64,000 nucleotides of DNA from a bacterium (GTDB lineage Bacteria; Hinthialibacterota; Hinthialibacteria; Hinthialibacterales; Hinthialibacteraceae), in assembly GCA_963662285.2 (NCBI GenBank), contig CAXXMV010000002.1, forward strand, positions 1,728,001 through 1,792,000, given 5' to 3'. The notes beneath the pieces are model-generated. The model saw only the letters and a list, made by a program, of their open reading frames with translations. It had not been told where the DNA came from and ran no database searches. This document shows positions 58,414 through 64,000 of this stretch, one piece after another; position 1 is the first letter of the stretch, and each line of letters begins with the position of its first letter. The position numbers and the translations under genes were made by a program.

Positions 58414-58448
58414 CCCTCACCTAACCTCTCCCAATCTTGGGAGAGGGA
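58414..58448 (+). repeat. Family C (BoxC-like) repeat
   Basis: ccctcacctaacctctcccaatcttgggagaggga. Confidence 0.85.
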
Positions 58449-58577
58449 TATTCGCCTTCCGTTTTTACATGACAAAATAAAAATTGTTTCATACATAGAA
58501 ATCCAACTCCATTTCATGTTATGTTAGGTATATTATTAGATCAATTCTGATAGTATTTCACTCACAGGAGACATAAC

Positions 58578-59861
58578 ATGATTAGGCGTGATTTTATCAA
58601 ATATTCTTCAACCGTTGCCGGAACATCACTGATAGGCAACTCAAAAAGCTGGGCTGGCGCCAACGATAGAATCCGCACCGGCATCATCGGCATGGGCGGT
58701 CGCGGCGGTTATCACATGCATAGCGCCTCGAAATTCGACGGCGTTGAAGTGGCCGCTATCGCTGATCCCGATCAACGCCGCATTGATAAATGGGCGGCTG
58801 AACTTAATGAAAAAACCGGCAAAGCGCCAGCCAAATATCAAGACTTGCGAAAAATTATTGAAGATAAGAGCATCGATGCGGTCATGATCGCTTCCAGCAA
58901 CCATTGGCATGCCCTAGCCGGGATATGGGCTTGTCAGTCGGGCAAACACGCATATGTTGAGAAACCTGTTTCACACAATATGTTCGAGGGACGCAAACTG
59001 ATTGAAGCTGCGCGAAAGTATAATCGCTGCGTACAAGGCGGAACCCAGCGCCGTTCTTCGGGTTTGTTCCGCAAAGCGGTTCAACTGTTGCACGACGGGA
59101 TTATAGGCGATATCTACATGGCGCGCGCTATAGTGTATGGCGCCCGTGATTCAATCGGCTTTAAACCGCAAGAACCGATTCCTGAATGGTTCAATTGGGA
59201 CGTCTGGCTTGGACCGGCGCAGGACCAACCCTATCACGGCAATATGACTCATTATAACTGGCACTGGTTCTGGGACTTCGGCAATGGAGAACTGGGCAAT
59301 AACGGAAGCCACATTCTTGATGTAATCCGCTGGGGATTCAACCGGGGATTGCCGGACAAAGTCAGTTCCAGCGGAGGCCGCTTCGGATATAAAGACCAGG
59401 GCGAAACCCCCAATACCCAACTGTGCAACTTTGAATATGATGACGGCAGTTATATCTCCTGCGAAGTACGCGGGCTTCCCACCAATACTGAAGCCGATGG
59501 AAAAGAGTGGGGCGGATTCTTCTATGGTACAAAAGGTTATATGGCGATTGATGACAAGAATTATCAAATCTTCCTGGGAAGGAACAAAGAACCTGAACCG
59601 GATCAGGGACAATTGGAACGCATCCAACATCAGGAGAATTTCTTTAACGCCATCCGGGCGGATGACCCCAAATTGCTGACGGGCGATATAGAAGAGATTC
59701 ATCAATCATGCGCCTTCTGCCTCTTGGGCAATATCGCTTACCGCTTAGGGCGCGAACTTAAGTTCGATCCGGTAAAAGAAAAATTCATCGGCGACAAAGA
59801 AGCGGATCGTCTGCTGACCCGCGATTACCGTAATCCATTCATCGTTCCTGATAGGGTATAA
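58578..59861 (+). CDS. Tat-exported Gfo/Idh/MocA oxidoreductase
   Basis: IRRDFIK; IGMGGRG, NHWH, VEKP, GTQRRS, GELGNNGSH.LD. Confidence 0.92.
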   Translation: MIRRDFIKYSSTVAGTSLIGNSKSWAGANDRIRTGIIGMGGRGGYHMHSASKFDGVEVAAIADPDQRRIDKWAAELNEKTGKAPAKYQDLRKIIEDKSIDAVMIASSNHWHALAGIWACQSGKHAYVEKPVSHNMFEGRKLIEAARKYNRCVQGGTQRRSSGLFRKAVQLLHDGIIGDIYMARAIVYGARDSIGFKPQEPIPEWFNWDVWLGPAQDQPYHGNMTHYNWHWFWDFGNGELGNNGSHILDVIRWGFNRGLPDKVSSSGGRFGYKDQGETPNTQLCNFEYDDGSYISCEVRGLPTNTEADGKEWGGFFYGTKGYMAIDDKNYQIFLGRNKEPEPDQGQLERIQHQENFFNAIRADDPKLLTGDIEEIHQSCAFCLLGNIAYRLGRELKFDPVKEKFIGDKEADRLLTRDYRNPFIVPDRV

Positions 59862-59864
59862 AAA

Positions 59865-60824
59865 ATGAAAAATTTTACTCTGAAACATATCACACTAATC
59901 ATTTCTATGTTTATCATATTGCTTGCGCCGGGAAGCGGCAAACTCCAGGCGCAAGACGTCAAGCCTGCGTTCAAGCCGGTTCCGGAGATGCAGGTTATAC
60001 CACAGCCCTATGATCAGACATCGATACACCGTAATGGCGTTGAAATCGCGCGTTATCATTTCGGGCCGCAACTGAACCGCCCCTTTATCTTTCCCATAAT
60101 CGGTCCATCTGGTTTATCGTTGGTCCGCATGGCGCATCCCCGTGACCCCAATGGACATAGCCATCACAATGGAGTCTGGATATCGCACAATATTATCAAT
60201 GGCATAGACTTTTGGGCTGATACAGGCGAAGGCAGGATCGTCCATAAGGGCATCGTCAAATATATCGATGAAGGCGGCGATGCTGCAATCATCGCTGAGA
60301 ATCATTGGCTGGATGGTGATAAGAAAGCGCTATTGCAGGAGACGCGGGGCATGACCGCGCATCCACTGCCCGACAAGGAATGGCTGCTTATCATTGATCT
60401 GCAATTCAAAGCGTTGAATGGCGACGTGAAATTTGAAGATACGCCGTTCGGTATGATCGGCGTGCGCATGGCCAAAACAATCGGCGTACATGACGGCGGA
60501 GGCATGATCCGCAATGCTGAAGGCGCGGTTAACGAAAAGGCCATTTTCCGTAAAAAAACGCGCTGGGTGGATTATAGCGGACGCATTACCAATGATGCGG
60601 TTGAGGGAATCACTCTATTCGATCACCCCATGAATCCGAACCACCCCGCGCCATTCCATGTGCGCAATGATGGATGGATGGGCGCCTGTCTGAATCACGA
60701 GGCGCCGTTCACTCTCAAAAATGGCGAGTCGCTCAAACTGCGCTACGGATTATATATCCACAGCGATTTGAAACCGCTTGCTGATATTGAAGAGCATTGG
60801 AAACAATTTACGCAGATGGATTGA
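59865..60824 (+). CDS. Secreted DUF6807 (so-called PmoA-family) beta-sandwich protein
   Basis: Signal peptide; RPFIFP..GPSG, H.HHNG.W, DFW, WVDYSG, DHP.NP, HVR.DG. Confidence 0.75.
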   Translation: MKNFTLKHITLIISMFIILLAPGSGKLQAQDVKPAFKPVPEMQVIPQPYDQTSIHRNGVEIARYHFGPQLNRPFIFPIIGPSGLSLVRMAHPRDPNGHSHHNGVWISHNIINGIDFWADTGEGRIVHKGIVKYIDEGGDAAIIAENHWLDGDKKALLQETRGMTAHPLPDKEWLLIIDLQFKALNGDVKFEDTPFGMIGVRMAKTIGVHDGGGMIRNAEGAVNEKAIFRKKTRWVDYSGRITNDAVEGITLFDHPMNPNHPAPFHVRNDGWMGACLNHEAPFTLKNGESLKLRYGLYIHSDLKPLADIEEHWKQFTQMD

Positions 60825-60884
60825 TGATTGTTATTGGCGATTATAAATCCTCTATCAGATTAGCTTTGGTTATATCGTAATGGC

Positions 60885-60933
60885 GGGTGCCAAGGGCAAG
60901 AGCGCATTGCGCTCAGCCCTTGATCAAACCACC
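60885..60933 (-). repeat. Family A1 hairpin repeat
   Basis: reverse complement is ggtggtttgatcaagggctgagcgcaatgcgctcttgcccttggcaccc. Confidence 0.92.
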
Positions 60934-61034
60934 AACGATAGGATGATATTCCTTAACTTAATGACATTGCTTTTGTCGGCGCTCGATATGTCAGGCGACC
61001 TGGGTGCCGGAATCATTGGCGGGTTCTATCCATC

Positions 61035-61060
61035 GGGCAACCACAAGGGATTGCCCCTAC
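61035..61060 (-). repeat. Family B GTAG-type REP
   Basis: Exact reverse complement of 21121-21146. Confidence 0.9.
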
Positions 61061-61065
61061 GGTGA

Positions 61066-61419
61066 TTATAAATCCTCTATCAGATTAGCTTTGGTTATAT
61101 CGTAATGGCTGTAGTCGCCAACCGCGCTGCCATCTTTGACGCATATTACTTGCGGGCTTTGATGGGTCACGCCTAACCGATCAGCGATTTCGGCAGAAAG
61201 ATTGCGCTGCTCCTGGACGATAACCAGATATACCGTTGCGCCAGTCTCTTTGATGAATCCATTAACCTGGTTCTTTGCTGAACTGGAAATTGGACAGATA
61301 GTGCTATGTTTCAAAATAAAAACCGTTTCATCCCGGCTTCTCTCCAGACATTGATCCACATTTTCCATTTTGGAATATAGTTCATCCCTATCATCGTTCA
61401 TCAAATTAAAAAGACTCAT
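61066..61419 (-). CDS. ytxJ: YtxJ/DUF2847 monothiol thioredoxin-fold protein
   Basis: KHSTICPIS, R.LS.EIA.RLGV.HQSPQ, SHYDIT; start MSLFN after aggag. Confidence 0.85.
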   Translation of the reverse strand: MSLFNLMNDDRDELYSKMENVDQCLERSRDETVFILKHSTICPISSSAKNQVNGFIKETGATVYLVIVQEQRNLSAEIADRLGVTHQSPQVICVKDGSAVGDYSHYDITKANLIEDL

Positions 61420-61563
61420 GCTGCATAATCTCCTATATATTTCGCATAAACATTGATTTTCATTATACCCAATTATATCAGTGTAATCACTCTGTAAGAG
61501 TATATGATTGACTGATTGTTTTCTATAATTTTGGATATTAAACATTAAGGGGCGAATAAGAAA

Positions 61564-63075
61564 TTGGGCGGAATCACTGATCCTATTGTACTTTCCATTG
61601 ATATTGGAACTTCTTCCATACGTAGCCAGCTGTATGACGCAGCAGGCCGGGTGGTGGAGAATGCCGGCGGGCGGATTAAGTACGCTATGTCTAATACTGA
61701 TGACGGCGGCGCATTTATTGATCTAAATGAACTATGTGAAATGGTTTACAAGGTTATCGACGTTGCGGTTGATGATGCGCAACGGCTAGGCGTCTCCATC
61801 GCCGCCGTGGCCTGTTGCACCTTTTGGCATAGTCTGGCTGGCATCGACCATAACAACGATCCCTGTACTCCAATGATAAACTGGAATGATACCAGACCGG
61901 AAATTATCCTGGATGATTTACATAAACGGCTCGATGCTGATGCATACACCAGCCGCACCGGCTGCCCGGTGCACGCCAGTTATCACCCCGCTAAAATTAC
62001 ATGGATGCATCAATCCATGCCCGAAATCGCCTGTAAAGTGCGACACTGGATGTCTGCTGGCGAGTATCTGATGCACCAAATAACCGGACGACGCGCCTGT
62101 TCTTATTCAATGGCTTCAGCCACTGGATTGCTCGATTCCGCCAATCTGGTGTGGGATCAAGCCACCCTGGCGCAGATTCCCGCTGAGGTTGAAAATCTCT
62201 CTCCATTATGCGATGCGGGTGATGGAGTGCAGAACCTTACGCCGCAGTTCGCCCGACGCTGGCCTGCGTTGCAAAACGCCATCTGGCATCCGGCGCTGGG
62301 CGATGGAGCATGCAGCAATATCGGCTGCGGCGGCAGCGTCGCCGAACGGATGGCGGTTATGATCGGCACTTCCGGCGCCATGCGCATCGTATGGCGCGGC
62401 GAGTACCGCAAACCCCCGGCAGGACTTTGGTGCTACCGCGTTGACGGACAACGCCCCATTCAAGGCGGGGCGCTAAGCAATGGCGGCAACCTGTTCGGTT
62501 GGATGAAGGACGCTATCGATTTTTCGACTCAGGGAATTGATAAGAACCAATCCGAAGGCCTGCGGAAACTGGATCGTTTGCTGCATGAAGCAAAACCGGA
62601 TGGACATGGTTTGACCTTTCTGCCATTTCTGGCCGGGCAACGTAGTCCACGCTGGAATCCGCACAGCACCGGATCAATCCACGGTTTGCGGTTATCAACT
62701 AAACCAGCTGATATTGTTCAGGCCGGGCTGGAAGCGGTGGCTTACCGGTTCAAGATGATCCATGATCTGCTGAGCGGCGTAGTCTCAGAGGATCACTCGA
62801 TCATAGCGACCGGCGGGGGACTGCTGCAATCACCGGCCTGGGTGCAGATACTGGCTGATGTCCTGGGGCGAACGGTATATACTTCAACCATTACAGAAGC
62901 ATCATGCCGGGGCGCAGCATTGCTGGCGCTGGAGTCTCTGGGCGCCATTAATGACGTCGCAGAAATCGACGCCGGATTGGGCGATAAGGTTACGCCCGAC
63001 ATGGATGCGCATTTGATATATCAATCCGCATTGCAGCGCCATATTGATTTCGAGAACCGTTTGAGAAATGATTAA
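61564..63075 (+). CDS. gntK: FGGY-family gluconokinase
   Basis: IDIGTSS, TFWHSL, W.DTR, TGCPVHASY, GDGACSNIG, IGTSGAMR, GGALSNGG, PFLAG.RSP. Confidence 0.82.
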   Translation: MGGITDPIVLSIDIGTSSIRSQLYDAAGRVVENAGGRIKYAMSNTDDGGAFIDLNELCEMVYKVIDVAVDDAQRLGVSIAAVACCTFWHSLAGIDHNNDPCTPMINWNDTRPEIILDDLHKRLDADAYTSRTGCPVHASYHPAKITWMHQSMPEIACKVRHWMSAGEYLMHQITGRRACSYSMASATGLLDSANLVWDQATLAQIPAEVENLSPLCDAGDGVQNLTPQFARRWPALQNAIWHPALGDGACSNIGCGGSVAERMAVMIGTSGAMRIVWRGEYRKPPAGLWCYRVDGQRPIQGGALSNGGNLFGWMKDAIDFSTQGIDKNQSEGLRKLDRLLHEAKPDGHGLTFLPFLAGQRSPRWNPHSTGSIHGLRLSTKPADIVQAGLEAVAYRFKMIHDLLSGVVSEDHSIIATGGGLLQSPAWVQILADVLGRTVYTSTITEASCRGAALLALESLGAINDVAEIDAGLGDKVTPDMDAHLIYQSALQRHIDFENRLRND

Positions 63076-63113
63076 TTCAAAATATTTCAATATACTTTTA
63101 TGTTTTCTACTCG

Positions 63114-64000
63114 TTAAATCACAATTTTTTTTATTTCGTTTGTATTTGGATTAAACAATGCAAATTCTGTTTCTCCTGGTATTTCTAAAAGGTCGTTATA
63201 GGCGATCAAAATTGAATCATCCCCAGAATCCCAATTTTTGTATTGTCCATTATAGACAAATCCATATTTATGATGATAAAAAAAATTAGAAACAAGAAAT
63301 TCTTTATTTGAGTTTTTTTGGTTTATACCAATTGATCCCGGAGCAATTATTTTAATTTCATCATCACTTACTATAATTTCATCTTGATCAGAAAATATAT
63401 CTTCTTCTCTCCCAACTTTTAAGCAATGATCTATATTAATAATCGCATCCCTCGATTGTGTAGTTAATTCATATTGAATCTCACTGTTTGCCAAATCTTC
63501 CATTTTCCTGACAACTCTTTTGAATATTTCTTCATCTAATAATCTAGAAGATAATCTTAAACTACCATAATTCTGATCTAAGAGACAGATGAATTTTTGA
63601 CCTTGACACAAGATTTCCTTACTTTTTTTTAATTTACCGAAACCGAAATTCAAATCATTACGCTCGAATGGAATTGTTAATAAGAAGGCTTCATACAAAA
63701 TATCTGAAAGCAAATTGTATTGAGCATAAGTCTCATCAAAAGATGGGTGAAACAAGAGAACTCCAGTTGTAAAGAATGTATTTGAAAAATATTTTTCTTT
63801 GTAATATAGGGATTGTTCGCCAGTTAATGGAAATGAGAATTTTTTTTCTTTATTTCCTCTCTTTTCTAAAAAACCTATGATTGTTTCATGAACTTGTAAA
63901 TCACATTCGATGAGAACCAGATCGTTATATCGAATACTTTGTTTTATTCTGGTATTATCTAAATTAGGATATATTTGAGTTGGCAGAATTATTGGTTTAG
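63114..64000 (-). CDS. C-terminal part of an AT-rich gene running in from beyond the window; resembles the DUF1998-like end of YprA/Hrq1-type helicases
   Basis: Frame stays open from 63755 to the window end (KPIILPTQIYP...FFTTGVLLFHP); LLDQNYGSLRLS resembles the DUF1998 LYD..PGG.G motif. Confidence 0.5.
   Translation of the reverse strand, partial: KPIILPTQIYPNLDNTRIKQSIRYNDLVLIECDLQVHETIIGFLEKRGNKEKKFSFPLTGEQSLYYKEKYFSNTFFTTGVLLFHPSFDETYAQYNLLSDILYEAFLLTIPFERNDLNFGFGKLKKSKEILCQGQKFICLLDQNYGSLRLSSRLLDEEIFKRVVRKMEDLANSEIQYELTTQSRDAIINIDHCLKVGREEDIFSDQDEIIVSDDEIKIIAPGSIGINQKNSNKEFLVSNFFYHHKYGFVYNGQYKNWDSGDDSILIAYNDLLEIPGETEFALFNPNTNEIKKIVI

Larger units (their letters stand above)
60839..61109. 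repeat. Exact 46-bp direct repeat (60839-60884, 61064-61109) bracketing an A1 and a B repeat
   Basis: gattataaatcctctatcagattagctttggttatatcgtaatggc x2. Confidence 0.93.

Noticed and set aside
59865-60824. Particulate methane monooxygenase subunit A
   Set aside because: This is a soluble secreted protein without multiple TM helices and without pmoB/C; the PmoA label for this family is misleading.
2892-61060. Repeat families as a CRISPR array
   Set aside because: Copies are dispersed over kilobases in both orientations, with no regular spacers and no cas genes.
60880-61065. Short ORFs over repeats (60880-61065, 32227-32418, 32406-32597, 21036-21257, 42016-42333)
   Set aside because: They are translations of repeat DNA or antisense overlaps with no RBS or recognisable motif.
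60839-61109. 46-bp duplication as a DGR template/variable repeat pair
   Set aside because: The copies are identical with no adenine-specific differences, are short, and there is no reverse transcriptase.
67-63090. The many 60-230 aa antisense or alternate-frame ORFs in the track
   Set aside because: They lie within well-supported genes and have no motifs, so they are shadow ORFs.

Overview
64 kb of bacterial chromosome with about 50 CDSs. I found no rRNA, tRNA, CRISPR array, transposase or integrase. Housekeeping genes (ROK glucokinase, queG, gnd, FGGY gluconokinase, rfbC, DEAD-box helicase, SRAP, YtxJ) are mixed with many exported enzymes (GH127, GH43, CBM+GH, CocE, LTD-CotH, ASPIC/UnbV, three Tat Gfo/Idh/MocA). 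The pilin family and gene content resemble Sumerlaeota/Hinthialibacterota (OLB16)-like candidate phyla (inference only). Main findings: (1) Four unrelated signal-peptide proteins end in the same short tail, [VT]-x-[VIC]-x-x-[WF]-x-[LMQ]-[HY]-stop, a candidate undescribed C-terminal sorting signal. (2) Four dispersed GspG/pilin-like proteins share P[NH][FI]LNA...[YF][DN]xSNGLxSxG[DA]; one has a degenerate leader and one is a pilin head fused to a large membrane-anchored domain. These could be the cognate T2SS/T4P-like machinery. (3) At least four families of small intergenic hairpin repeats occur, some with compensatory base changes; they stack and nest, and one pair is bracketed by an exact 46-bp duplication of a gene 3' end. 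(4) There is a tandem RDD duplication carrying a near-identical SRAP 5' fragment, plus two further pseudogenes. All family assignments are motif recognition by eye; no database searches were run.
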